IMG/VR virus record: IMGVR_UViG_3300042396_000043
Location: 1-37,162 of that record
Strand: one strand, 5' to 3'
Length of the DNA stretch: 37,162 nucleotides
Source: a virus
Lineage: Duplodnaviria > Caudoviricetes
A model generated the notes under the pieces. The model saw only the letters and a list, made by a program, of their open reading frames with translations, made no database searches and was not told the origin of the DNA. Positions within the stretch are counted from its first letter, which is position 1; each line of letters opens with the position of its first letter. Of the stretch, positions 26,855-34,813 are shown piece after piece. A program made the position numbers and the translations under genes.

Positions 26855-27456
26855 TACCAGTCACTCGCTGACATTGTTGAACCGCTTACATGGTTTTTAG
26901 GTGATTTCATGTTAGCCCTGTCTATTGCACGTTGATTCATATATAAGTTACTTAATTTTCTGTCATCAAAATTAATTACCCTAGCACCAGGTATTGTTGG
27001 TGTATTTTCGCTAACTTTAGTTTTGTATTTCTTAGGTGACACGTACTCTAAAGCATCCTCGTAACTCATCAGCTTGGTAGTGACAAAACTATAATACTTA
27101 CGTGTGCCGGTATCGCTAACAACAATACTCTTCATAAATCCTCTAGCCATTAAACTCTTAATTGTGTTAGATGCAGTATTCTTGTCATCATCTAATTGCT
27201 GTTTCATATCTGTAAGCGTTTTAGGTAGTACGCAAAACTCTAGGTAGACGTTGTATCTAGCAACCATCTCTTTTGCCATCCTGTCTAGCTTTTCTTCTTG
27301 TTTTGCGTATGAGTCTGCTATTCTTTTCTCTCTGAATGCCTGTTCTGCTGCCTTGGCTTCTTCTTGGGTTTTGTAGTCACCTATGTGGATAATCTGACAA
27401 TCTGAGTCTCTAGCTGTTACTACCCATGCGTCTACTTTCTTACGAAAGACAATCAT
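26854..27456 (-). CDS. Putative DNA-binding protein (AP2-like N-terminus plus winged-helix-like region)
   Basis: WVV...HIGDYKTQEEAKAA; central PKTLTDM...IKSLMARG. Confidence 0.5.
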   Translation of the reverse strand: MIVFRKKVDAWVVTARDSDCQIIHIGDYKTQEEAKAAEQAFREKRIADSYAKQEEKLDRMAKEMVARYNVYLEFCVLPKTLTDMKQQLDDDKNTASNTIKSLMARGFMKSIVVSDTGTRKYYSFVTTKLMSYEDALEYVSPKKYKTKVSENTPTIPGARVINFDDRKLSNLYMNQRAIDRANMKSPKNHVSGSTMSASDW

Positions 27457-27743
27457 AATAAACCTTTCTCAATTAATCTTAACTGCGTTTCAATAACACC
27501 CTCTAGGTGCGATAACTTTAATTCATCTCTTGTGTGGTTAGTTCTTACTCTGCCATCTATAGCATCATGGCATCCAGAGCAACAATACGCACCATGTAGG
27601 TCGTTTACTTTCTGACCAGTACCGTGTCCATACCTAATTCCACTTAAATGCGCTAGAACGGTTGTTTCTGGATTGCCATTGCAATAGCCAATAATTCTGA
27701 CCGTGCAATTCTCGCCTTTAGCTGATTGTGTGATTTTACTCAT
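27453..27743 (-). CDS. DUF1364 (YbcO-like) putative nuclease
   Basis: AKGENCTVRI.G.CNGNPETTVLAH...AYCCSGCHDAIDGR. Confidence 0.88.
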   Translation of the reverse strand: MSKITQSAKGENCTVRIIGYCNGNPETTVLAHLSGIRYGHGTGQKVNDLHGAYCCSGCHDAIDGRVRTNHTRDELKLSHLEGVIETQLRLIEKGLL

Positions 27744-28098
27744 TGAACACAAATCCAATCGTGCCAGCCCATAGTTCTATATGACGTTGGTAATCAGCCA
27801 TCTCTGCAGTAGATAGTTTAGTTGTACTCTTAATGACTTCTATTGTTTCGCCATTGACAGTAGACTGGCTTCGTAGGAACTTCCATCCCATCAATTCATG
27901 CACTTTATCTGGTGACTCGCCAATATACTCGCCAAGCGCACCATATAGTTTCCATAGACGTGAGTTTTGTTCTAAGTTACGAGTGTGTGATTTAACTGTT
28001 ACGTTAGCTACATAACCTAGTGATAAATCCAATGCTTTAATCTTTTCAAACAAGTAAGGTAAATTAGTGCTGCTGATATTAAAGTTTTTAACTTCCAT
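27736..28098 (-). CDS. ninB: NinB/YbcN-family recombination protein
   Basis: RNLEQNSRLW...STTKLS..EM..Y. Confidence 0.8.
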   Translation of the reverse strand: MEVKNFNISSTNLPYLFEKIKALDLSLGYVANVTVKSHTRNLEQNSRLWKLYGALGEYIGESPDKVHELMGWKFLRSQSTVNGETIEVIKSTTKLSTAEMADYQRHIELWAGTIGFVFNE

Positions 28099-28276
28099 GA
28101 AACATATCCTTTATCTTTCTGCGTGACTCTTGAGATGTAGCCACTTTCACCGTTTCTATTTCGTCTTGCTTTATTTCACCAGTTATTACCCTAGTACCAT
28201 CTGTTGCACGAAACTTACCTGTAAAGCCAGCAGCCTTCATTCGTTTAATCCATTCATTACATGAAATCATAGTCAA
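28088..28276 (-). CDS. Hypothetical protein
   Basis: ORF track; overlapping operon packing. Confidence 0.65.
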   Translation of the reverse strand: MTMISCNEWIKRMKAAGFTGKFRATDGTRVITGEIKQDEIETVKVATSQESRRKIKDMFHGS

Positions 28277-28719
28277 CTATTCTTATCCTTTAATGATAAA
28301 ACATAAGCTACTAAGTCTTGATATCGCTTGCTGACCATCTTTACTTCGTGTGCTGGGCAAATCCTATACGCATAAGCAATCTCATTAAATTCTTCTTCAT
28401 TCCAACCCACAGTTTCTTGCGCTGGTTGTTTTAATGCTTTCTTTTCGCCCATACATTTAGCCAATAATTTTAAGGTTGTATTAGCATCTTTTCTGTTTCT
28501 AGCAATACATTCTGCTGGTGTTTCATCCTCTTTTAAATATTCTTCACAGTCGCTTAATCTGCGTTGCATATCTTGTAATTTATCTAAAGGCACAGCCACC
28601 ATATTGCTTTGTCGTTCTAGTGCTTCTTTGCAAGCGTTGATTGCTTCTTCAGGTTCAAACCATCCTTCGTCTTGGCTCAAGGCATCAATCGCCATCTTTA
28701 ATGCTTCGTCTTTAGTCAT
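28273..28719 (-). CDS. Hypothetical phage protein (MTKDEALKMA-type N-terminus)
   Basis: ORF track; overlaps the upstream gene's stop. Confidence 0.7.
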   Translation of the reverse strand: MTKDEALKMAIDALSQDEGWFEPEEAINACKEALERQSNMVAVPLDKLQDMQRRLSDCEEYLKEDETPAECIARNRKDANTTLKLLAKCMGEKKALKQPAQETVGWNEEEFNEIAYAYRICPAHEVKMVSKRYQDLVAYVLSLKDKNS

Positions 28720-28879
28720 TAAATACCGCCTTTACTAAAATGTCCATGTAAGCAGGAATCGTAAACTTGCCAGACTCGTACTTAGCAATGCTATCCCTAG
28801 TCTTAAATAACTTAGTGCCAAACTCTTTCTGTGATAATCCTGTTTTACTGCGCAGTTCTTTTAACTCTGTATGTGTCAT
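28712..28879 (-). CDS. Small Cro/XRE-like HTH protein (55 aa)
   Basis: Manual translation MTHTELKELRSKTGLSQKEFGTKLFKTRDSIAKYESGKFTIP...; missing from the ORF track. Confidence 0.85.
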   Translation of the reverse strand: MTHTELKELRSKTGLSQKEFGTKLFKTRDSIAKYESGKFTIPAYMDILVKAVFND

Positions 28880-28940
28880 ATATAACCCTATCTGTCGTTG
28901 ATGATTTATTATATATCACGCTGTATAAAATATGCAACTA

Positions 28941-29696
28941 TTAAAATAATCTTTCTTGTGCAGCATGTTGTTTAATTCGTTTACAAGCAGCTTCAAAATA
29001 ATCTGTGTCTAATTCACATCCATAAAATTTTCTATCGTGCATTAATGCTGCAATACCTGTAGTGCCTGTCCCCATAAATGGGTCAAATACCAAATCACCT
29101 TTTTTAGAAAAATTAACTATTGCTGTTTCAGCAAGCCTAACTGGGAATATAGCTGAATGTCCAGCAACTCCGCTTTGTTCTTTTGGTATTCTCCAAATGT
29201 CAGATAATGTTCCTCTCTCAAAGTTAAAAACATTAAAACACCGACCAGCTTTTGCGTTTGGTTCAAATATTAAAATTAACTCTGTGGCTTTATTTAAAAC
29301 TCCATCGTGCATAGCTGGTTGTCCATGCCCCTTATCCCAAATTACAATATCTTTAATTTCTTTATGAAACAATCCAATCATTTTAAATATAGCTTCTTTA
29401 CTGCCAGTTACTATCTGTATGTTATAAATTATAATTTTAGATAACCTTAACATTTCTTTAATTGCTTCAGAATGAAATATAAAATAATCATCAATACTTA
29501 ATGCGTCATCAAAATTATTATATTTTTTACTAAAATGTTCAGATTTTTCTCTTGTAGTATATTCACCATTTCTTACTCTTGTTCTCATGTTGTATGGTGG
29601 TGATGTAACAATCAAATCAAAAGCATTGTTAGGCAATGATTTCATATAGTCCATGCAGTCCATATTGTGTAGCGTTGCTTTACCTATCGTTATCAT
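28941..29696 (-). CDS. DNA N4/N6 methyltransferase (beta class, SPPY)
   Basis: IVTSPPY motif IV, HSAIFP, DPFMGTGTTG motif I. Confidence 0.93.
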   Translation of the reverse strand: MITIGKATLHNMDCMDYMKSLPNNAFDLIVTSPPYNMRTRVRNGEYTTREKSEHFSKKYNNFDDALSIDDYFIFHSEAIKEMLRLSKIIIYNIQIVTGSKEAIFKMIGLFHKEIKDIVIWDKGHGQPAMHDGVLNKATELILIFEPNAKAGRCFNVFNFERGTLSDIWRIPKEQSGVAGHSAIFPVRLAETAIVNFSKKGDLVFDPFMGTGTTGIAALMHDRKFYGCELDTDYFEAACKRIKQHAAQERLF

Positions 29697-29853
29697 TTTC
29701 TGCCCTTTGTTTAGCTTCTTCCAATGTGTCGTAATAGCCTAGGTTTTTATTGCGCTGGCTAAGCCCGTACTTTACTCCAGTAGCTGAGTAGTATTTGGCT
29801 ATAGTCCATGAGCCAGAACTAATATGATATTTGTCTTGTTCTATCCACTTCAT
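29680..29853 (-). CDS. Hypothetical protein (57 aa)
   Basis: MKWIEQDKYHISSGSWTIAK...LGYYDTLEEAK; fills the operon gap with ATGA coupling. Confidence 0.7.
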   Translation of the reverse strand: MKWIEQDKYHISSGSWTIAKYYSATGVKYGLSQRNKNLGYYDTLEEAKQRAENDNDR

Positions 29854-30227
29854 ACGTATTTCTCTTTTAATTTGAGTACAGCATCATGCAAAGTTACTTT
29901 GTGCTTTGGTATATGCCATTGCTTTTCCCATCTGTATTTAGTGACTGTTGAATTTCCAAGGTCAATGTTATCTTCGTCAGAATTATTATTGTGAGATGTC
30001 ATAAACACTACAGAAACTTTACCAGCGTCTTGGCAAGCATCACATAATCGTTCCAATGCAAGTTGTTGACCAAATGGCATTGCAGCATCTAAGTATTTAG
30101 TTTCAATAAATATAAATAACTTATTCTTAAACTCCATAAACGCATCAAAATCCATAGGCGATATTTTGTCAAAGTGCATATTGCTGAAGTTTACAAAACA
30201 ACCTAAATGCTTACGATTTCGTATCAT
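29850..30227 (-). CDS. PD-(D/E)XK-like nuclease-fold protein
   Basis: PMDFDA...FIFIETK...GQQLALE. Confidence 0.55.
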   Translation of the reverse strand: MIRNRKHLGCFVNFSNMHFDKISPMDFDAFMEFKNKLFIFIETKYLDAAMPFGQQLALERLCDACQDAGKVSVVFMTSHNNNSDEDNIDLGNSTVTKYRWEKQWHIPKHKVTLHDAVLKLKEKYV

Positions 30228-30690
30228 AGTTATCCCCTAAAACTTTACGTGCAGCTTCTACTGAAGTTTCTGGAAAGTTCTGTGGATTCTTTAAAATTCT
30301 TTTAGCCCAGGCGTGATAGTCAGTCTTAGGTTTTAGTCTTTCGTGAATAAACAAAGCCAACTTATCAGCGTGTGCTTTATTGTCTTCATGGTTTACTGGT
30401 GCTGGTAATGCTTTAAAGTCTTGTATGTTACTTGTAACGCAATGCTTTAAAAACTCATCGCAATTAGGTGCATATTGATACTTTGCATCTAATCCAGCCT
30501 TAATACGTTCTGCGCTTACACCAGCTAATTCTAATGACCATGTAGCCTTTGCATTTGCAATACCTACATCCTCACCAGCATCGTTTACCTGACCAATCTT
30601 AAACTTGTCAAAGAAGTTATTACCAAAACGACCATGCAATCGCATAAAAATACGTTCAACCCATTCTGCTGGCAAATTAAAAGTCTGCAT
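30211..30690 (-). CDS. Lambda P-like helicase loader
   Basis: IF.RL.GRFG..F...WSLELAG...IKAGL...APNCDEF; follows the initiator. Confidence 0.6.
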   Translation of the reverse strand: MQTFNLPAEWVERIFMRLHGRFGNNFFDKFKIGQVNDAGEDVGIANAKATWSLELAGVSAERIKAGLDAKYQYAPNCDEFLKHCVTSNIQDFKALPAPVNHEDNKAHADKLALFIHERLKPKTDYHAWAKRILKNPQNFPETSVEAARKVLGDNYDTKS

Positions 30691-31399
30691 GATTATCTCC
30701 AACTAATTTTATGTGTGCTGTTTGTTCTGCAATGTACTGTGGTTTAAATACTGATAATGCTGCATTTAATGTTGATGCTTGCTTATCTTGTTTTAACCAC
30801 GATGCTTCAAATCCAGTCCAACCTTTTTCACAACAAATAGTAATTGCTTTCTCTGGAGTTATACCTGCTAGTGATGCTTGCTTACATAATGAGTTATACA
30901 TACGTTCAGTAAATGGTGCTGCCCTTTTACTTTTTCTGATAGCTTGATACTCAGTAAATAATTCCGCAGGAATTGGTGGTATGTATTTGTTTAATGGTTT
31001 ATGTTTAGTGGTTATTGTTTCTTGTTTAGCATTAGCCTTTGGTACACCCCCTGATAGCCCCCCTATAACCTCGCTATTACCATCCTTTGACCACCTCTTA
31101 GCAGCCCCACGTTTGCCAGCTTCACTAAATGCTTGGTATTGTTCAATTTCTTTATTAGCACGATGATTTATCCAACCATCATCAGTCAAAGTAAAAAACT
31201 CTGTCAATACGCTTTCAACGTCAGATAAATACTCTTTGTTTAAGCAAAGTAGTCTAGTAATTTTTATTAAATCATTTTGTATTGGTTGCTCATGTAGGTA
31301 ATAAAAGTCTAATAACCTACGGTAGCAAATATCCTCGGTAGGCGATAAATGCTTTGTGTGGCTCTGATAGTCACCAATGTTAAATTGGTAGTAATGCAT
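30677..31399 (-). CDS. DUF1376/YdaU-family replication initiator
   Basis: MHYYQFNIGDY...YRRLLDFYY...AGKRGAAKRW; C-terminal GWTGF; GGAG RBS. Confidence 0.88.
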   Translation of the reverse strand: MHYYQFNIGDYQSHTKHLSPTEDICYRRLLDFYYLHEQPIQNDLIKITRLLCLNKEYLSDVESVLTEFFTLTDDGWINHRANKEIEQYQAFSEAGKRGAAKRWSKDGNSEVIGGLSGGVPKANAKQETITTKHKPLNKYIPPIPAELFTEYQAIRKSKRAAPFTERMYNSLCKQASLAGITPEKAITICCEKGWTGFEASWLKQDKQASTLNAALSVFKPQYIAEQTAHIKLVGDNHADF

Positions 31400-31410
31400 T
31401 TGGTTTCTCC

Positions 31411-31513
31411 AAAAAAAAACCTTAGACAACACTCTCATCTTTTTTAGGGATGTTGACGGACTGGTGGGTACCAGCAGAGTGTTGACTAAGGCTTACCCAA
31501 TGTTCACCGTCAA
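31411..31513 (-). ncRNA. P4 CI/P1 C4-like cloverleaf antisense/attenuator RNA
   Basis: Long closing stem followed by U9; loop TACCCA and bulge CCGTCAA are complementary to upstream TGGGTA and TTGACGG. Confidence 0.65.
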
Positions 31514-31524
31514 GTGATGTAATA

Positions 31525-31553
31525 ACTATAAACTAACTTTTTCTTTCTTGCAA
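31525..31553 (-). promoter_or_regulatory. sigma70 promoter for the replication operon
   Basis: TTGCAA-17nt-TATAGT. Confidence 0.65.
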
Positions 31554-31744
31554 GTATTTTGTTGTCTACGTCTTTGTCCTGTTGATTTATTATTACGAAC
31601 TGCTGTCATCCATAACTTACCATCTTCTAATATAAAGACTACATCATGCACAAGACCACAATCACAACAAAACAAACGGTACTTTTCACCAATTGGTATT
31701 TCAAATGGCTCAAAGTCATATCTTTGTGTAATTTTACTTTTCAT
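31526..31744 (-). CDS. Small Zn-binding hypothetical protein
   Basis: CCDCGLVH motif. Confidence 0.7.
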   Translation of the reverse strand: MKSKITQRYDFEPFEIPIGEKYRLFCCDCGLVHDVVFILEDGKLWMTAVRNNKSTGQRRRQQNTCKKEKVSL

Positions 31745-32087
31745 TTAAATACTCCATAATTGCAGTTTTAGCTTCATCAAATCCGTAGCAGACAACCGAC
31801 AAGTAGTTCATTGAACTAGCTGCTGCCATAAACTCTTTCTGACTATCTGATACTTTGCCAGTCTTTGCCTTCATCTCAATAAACATTCCATGATATTTAG
31901 TATTAGGAATCATTAAGAATAAATCGCTGACTCCGGCAAGCACTCCCTCTGCCTTTAAATTGACTGCCGTGACTATGTGCCTAGACCCACCATTAGGGAT
32001 TGCCCACAAGTGATACTTGTATTGCTTGTATTGCATTCTAAACCAGTTGATTAGCATTACCTGTTCTTGATGTTCTGATATTTTCAT
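31734..32087 (-). CDS. VRR-NUC domain nuclease
   Basis: SEHQEQ, AIPNGG, EGVLAGVSDL, FIEMK, SDSQ. Confidence 0.92.
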   Translation of the reverse strand: MKISEHQEQVMLINWFRMQYKQYKYHLWAIPNGGSRHIVTAVNLKAEGVLAGVSDLFLMIPNTKYHGMFIEMKAKTGKVSDSQKEFMAAASSMNYLSVVCYGFDEAKTAIMEYLNEK

Positions 32088-32117
32088 AATTATTTTCAAT
32101 AAATGTATAAATAATGC

Positions 32118-32146
32118 TTGACATGGCTATTTGCTGTTGATATTAT
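32118..32146 (+). promoter_or_regulatory. Strong sigma70 early promoter
   Basis: TTGACA-17nt-TATTAT at the divergence point. Confidence 0.8.
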
Positions 32147-32203
32147 ACACACATCGCAGCAAATTATGCGATTAACTTAATAGAAACGGTAAGGAGAAAT
32201 AAA

Positions 32204-32542
32204 ATGGACTATAACGCAGATTGGTATCCTGGTTGCACTAACGACCCAGACTGGCAAGACCGTGACAATCATTACGATAACGCAGAAGAACGTGTTTATG
32301 ACCGTGTCACAGAAACCCTACAAGCATCAGCATACGATGTATTTTCAATCGTAATAGACTACGCTGACCAAGAAGCTATTGCACAGACTCTCAAGGCAAT
32401 GGTTATTGCATACGACAATTCCTTAAACGCAGGTAGAAAAGTAGACCGTGAACAAAGCGCACAAGATTTCGTTGTGTTTGCTAAGTCATTTGCTAACGTA
32501 TGTATATCTGCTATTGAAAAAGAGGCAGAACAAAATGCGTGA
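32204..32542 (+). CDS. Hypothetical early protein
   Basis: AAGGAG RBS; first gene after the promoter. Confidence 0.8.
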   Translation: MDYNADWYPGCTNDPDWQDRDNHYDNAEERVYDRVTETLQASAYDVFSIVIDYADQEAIAQTLKAMVIAYDNSLNAGRKVDREQSAQDFVVFAKSFANVCISAIEKEAEQNA

Positions 32543-32651
32543 TTACAAAAACTACAAACCTAAAACAGACTTTACACCAGTTATTGAAGGCTTATGCTTT
32601 GTGGGTGTAGTCTTATTATCAATTTTCTTATATTTATTATTGGCGGTGTAA
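32535..32651 (+). CDS. Small membrane protein (38 aa)
   Basis: MRDYKNYKPK... followed by a C-terminal TM segment. Confidence 0.6.
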   Translation: MRDYKNYKPKTDFTPVIEGLCFVGVVLLSIFLYLLLAV

Positions 32652-32652
32652 T

Positions 32653-32844
32653 ATGTCAGTTTCTTACGAACAAGAACGCAAGCAACATATTGCTGACCTG
32701 CAAGCACAGTTTACAGAGTTTCTGTATGACAATTACAGCATAGGCAATGGTGAACAACTTATTCACATACTAGAACAAGGTGATGCACTTGAGGCTTTTT
32801 TAGACCTTAAAGGTTTACCAGAAGACACAGAGATTGAAATTTAA
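32653..32844 (+). CDS. Acidic hypothetical protein
   Basis: ORF track; operon packing. Confidence 0.7.
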   Translation: MSVSYEQERKQHIADLQAQFTEFLYDNYSIGNGEQLIHILEQGDALEAFLDLKGLPEDTEIEI

Positions 32845-32854
32845 GGAGAATGAT

Positions 32855-33457
32855 ATGTCAGTTTACAAAAAATTAAACAATGCTAGATTAGAGTTACAAA
32901 ACACTAAACTAAGCAAGTCAGGTCACAACAAGTTTGCCGGCTACAAATACTTTGAACTTGGTGACTTCTTGCCAACCATCAACAACATATTCAGCAATTC
33001 TGGTTTATGTGGTGTAGTTAGTTTTACGTCAGACTTAGCAACATTAACCATCACAGACGTTGATGACAACTCACAGATAGTTATTACTAGCCCTATGGGT
33101 AGCGCAGCGTTAAAGGGTTGCCATGAGGTGCAAAACGTAGGGGCAGTAGAAACATATCAACGTAGGTACTTGTGGGTCACGGCAATGGAAATCGTAGAAC
33201 ATGACGCACTTGATGCTACTACTGGAGCAGACAAGCCAGTAATACCAGAACTCAAGTCACCAGAGTACAGCAAGGAAGAGATGGACATATTGCACTCATT
33301 AGCTGAAGGCTTTACTGCATTTGTAGCTGACAACAATCATGCTGAAGCCAAAGTAACATGGGATGCACTTGATAACGAACAGAAGTCTGTAATGTGGGGT
33401 TTGTTAGATAGCAAGACTAGGTCATCATACAAAAAGTATTCTAGTTCAAACAAATAG
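32855..33457 (+). CDS. erf: ERF-family ssDNA annealing protein
   Basis: KSGHNKFAGYKYFEL.D, QNVGAVETYQRRY; AAGGAG RBS. Confidence 0.88.
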   Translation: MSVYKKLNNARLELQNTKLSKSGHNKFAGYKYFELGDFLPTINNIFSNSGLCGVVSFTSDLATLTITDVDDNSQIVITSPMGSAALKGCHEVQNVGAVETYQRRYLWVTAMEIVEHDALDATTGADKPVIPELKSPEYSKEEMDILHSLAEGFTAFVADNNHAEAKVTWDALDNEQKSVMWGLLDSKTRSSYKKYSSSNK

Positions 33458-33466
33458 GAGATAGAC

Positions 33467-33619
33467 ATGAACAAAATTTTAATCGCTTTAGCATTACTAG
33501 TAGTATCAGCAACAGCGTACGCAGCTTGCACAACTCAAACATATACATCTGGTGGCAAGATGGTAATGTGTACTACTTGCTGTGACAGTCTTGGCAACTG
33601 CAATACGAATTGCTTTTAA
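33467..33619 (+). CDS. Secreted six-cysteine micro-protein (50 aa)
   Basis: MNKILIALALLVVSATAYA|ACTTQTYTSGGKMVMCTTCCDSLGNCNTNCF; AGGAG RBS. Confidence 0.8.
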   Translation: MNKILIALALLVVSATAYAACTTQTYTSGGKMVMCTTCCDSLGNCNTNCF

Positions 33620-33629
33620 GGTGGATAAC

Positions 33630-33767
33630 ATGATTATCAAGTCACTATATGGCTTAACACCACCCAGCCAAAAAGAGGTGGCAGACCGTGATGCTAAAAT
33701 AGCGCAAGCTATAAAAGAAATGGGTCACAAGTATTTACTTTCAAAACCAATGCCTAAAATTAGGTAA
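33630..33767 (+). CDS. Hypothetical protein (45 aa)
   Basis: ATG at 33630; ...MGHKYLL. Confidence 0.6.
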   Translation: MIIKSLYGLTPPSQKEVADRDAKIAQAIKEMGHKYLLSKPMPKIR

Positions 33768-33784
33768 CAACTAAAGGAAATAGT

Positions 33785-34165
33785 ATGAATTTATTAGCAG
33801 CAACAGGTCGTTTAGGACAAGATGCAAAATTAAGTTACACGGCAAACCAAGATGCAATCTGCAACTTTTCGCTGTCATTGACTGCCGGTTACGGTGATAA
33901 AGCAACGACTACCTGGTTAAACTGCAATCTTTGGGGTAAACGTGCAGAGATATTAGCACCAATGCTTCTAAAAGGAACGCAGATAGGCATTACAGGCGAG
34001 ATTAACTTGCGCCCATACAAAGCAAAGGATGGCACAGAGAAATCAAGCCTAGAGTGCCGTGTTGGTGACGTAACTTTGCTAGGTGGCAAATCTGAAGGTG
34101 GTGCATCTAAACCAGCAGTAAAAGCTGACCCTATGGATGGTTTAGAAAGCGATATTCCGTTCTAG
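33785..34165 (+). CDS. ssb: Single-stranded DNA-binding protein
   Basis: GRLGQD OB-fold, W.NC.LWGKRAE, acidic DIPF tail. Confidence 0.95.
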   Translation: MNLLAATGRLGQDAKLSYTANQDAICNFSLSLTAGYGDKATTTWLNCNLWGKRAEILAPMLLKGTQIGITGEINLRPYKAKDGTEKSSLECRVGDVTLLGGKSEGGASKPAVKADPMDGLESDIPF

Positions 34166-34169
34166 TCAT

Positions 34170-34209
34170 AAGGTCGTGTTATGAAAGTTAAATGGCACGA
34201 CCTTCTTTT
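34170..34209 (+). terminator. Rho-independent terminator-like hairpin after ssb
   Basis: 13-bp stem AAGGTCGTGTTAT/ATGGCACGACCTT followed by CTTTT. Confidence 0.6.
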
Positions 34210-34237
34210 GAAACCAATAAATTTATGGAGTCTACCT

Positions 34238-34432
34238 ATGTCAAATAATGATGTAACTGGTGATGCTTTACGAACTAAACTTGGTAGTAAAGAACAACAA
34301 GAAAAGTTTTCTGAAGGCTTTGACCGTATCTTTAGTAAAAAGAAAAAAACAGTAGATTGGGATGAAAACCGCATTGATACTATTGGTCAAAATGGTAACG
34401 ATGGGCTGCACTACGAAGCTAACGATAAATAG
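34238..34432 (+). CDS. Small conserved phage hypothetical protein
   Basis: NDVTGD...FDRIF and RIDTIGQNGNDGLHY motifs; GGAG RBS. Confidence 0.7.
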   Translation: MSNNDVTGDALRTKLGSKEQQEKFSEGFDRIFSKKKKTVDWDENRIDTIGQNGNDGLHYEANDK

Positions 34433-34441
34433 GAGAACTAT

Positions 34442-34666
34442 ATGCCATGCAATAATAACTGCAATCAAGGCAGGTCGTGTGACTGCAAAAAAGACGCAAG
34501 CGTAGATAGAGCCACAGTAGTTGTAGTAACGTTGCTAATTATCTGTATTGTTTCCATTGGATTTGGATTATATAAGCTAGTCAATGGAACTAAAGGTCAA
34601 GACTGCGCTGTAGAGGTTCAATTTGGTGGTGGTGTTAAGGCAACTTACCTTGGGACTAGCGTTTAA
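34442..34666 (+). CDS. Membrane protein with a Cys-rich N-terminus
   Basis: CNNNCNQGRSCDC followed by a TM helix. Confidence 0.75.
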   Translation: MPCNNNCNQGRSCDCKKDASVDRATVVVVTLLIICIVSIGFGLYKLVNGTKGQDCAVEVQFGGGVKATYLGTSV

Positions 34667-34813
34667 ATGTACACTTTAGACTATATCTTGTGTTACAAAG
34701 AGGCTTTTATACTAGGTATTGTGGTAGGGTTAATTATATCTACATATTATGCAAAATATGTATATAATAAACAAAAACATAAGGATAGCTATGGTAACTC
34801 CAATAGACGATAA
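34667..34813 (+). CDS. Small membrane protein (48 aa)
   Basis: MYTLDYILCYKEAFILGIVVGLIISTYY...; ATG directly after the upstream stop. Confidence 0.5.
   Translation: MYTLDYILCYKEAFILGIVVGLIISTYYAKYVYNKQKHKDSYGNSNRR

Noticed and set aside
28941-30227. Restriction-modification system
   Set aside because: Orphan methyltransferases and small PD-(D/E)XK proteins are routine in nin-like regions; nothing shows they are a cognate pair.
33337-33531. Minus-strand 64-aa ORF
   Set aside because: Antisense to erf and the Cys-rich peptide gene, both of which have strong RBSs.
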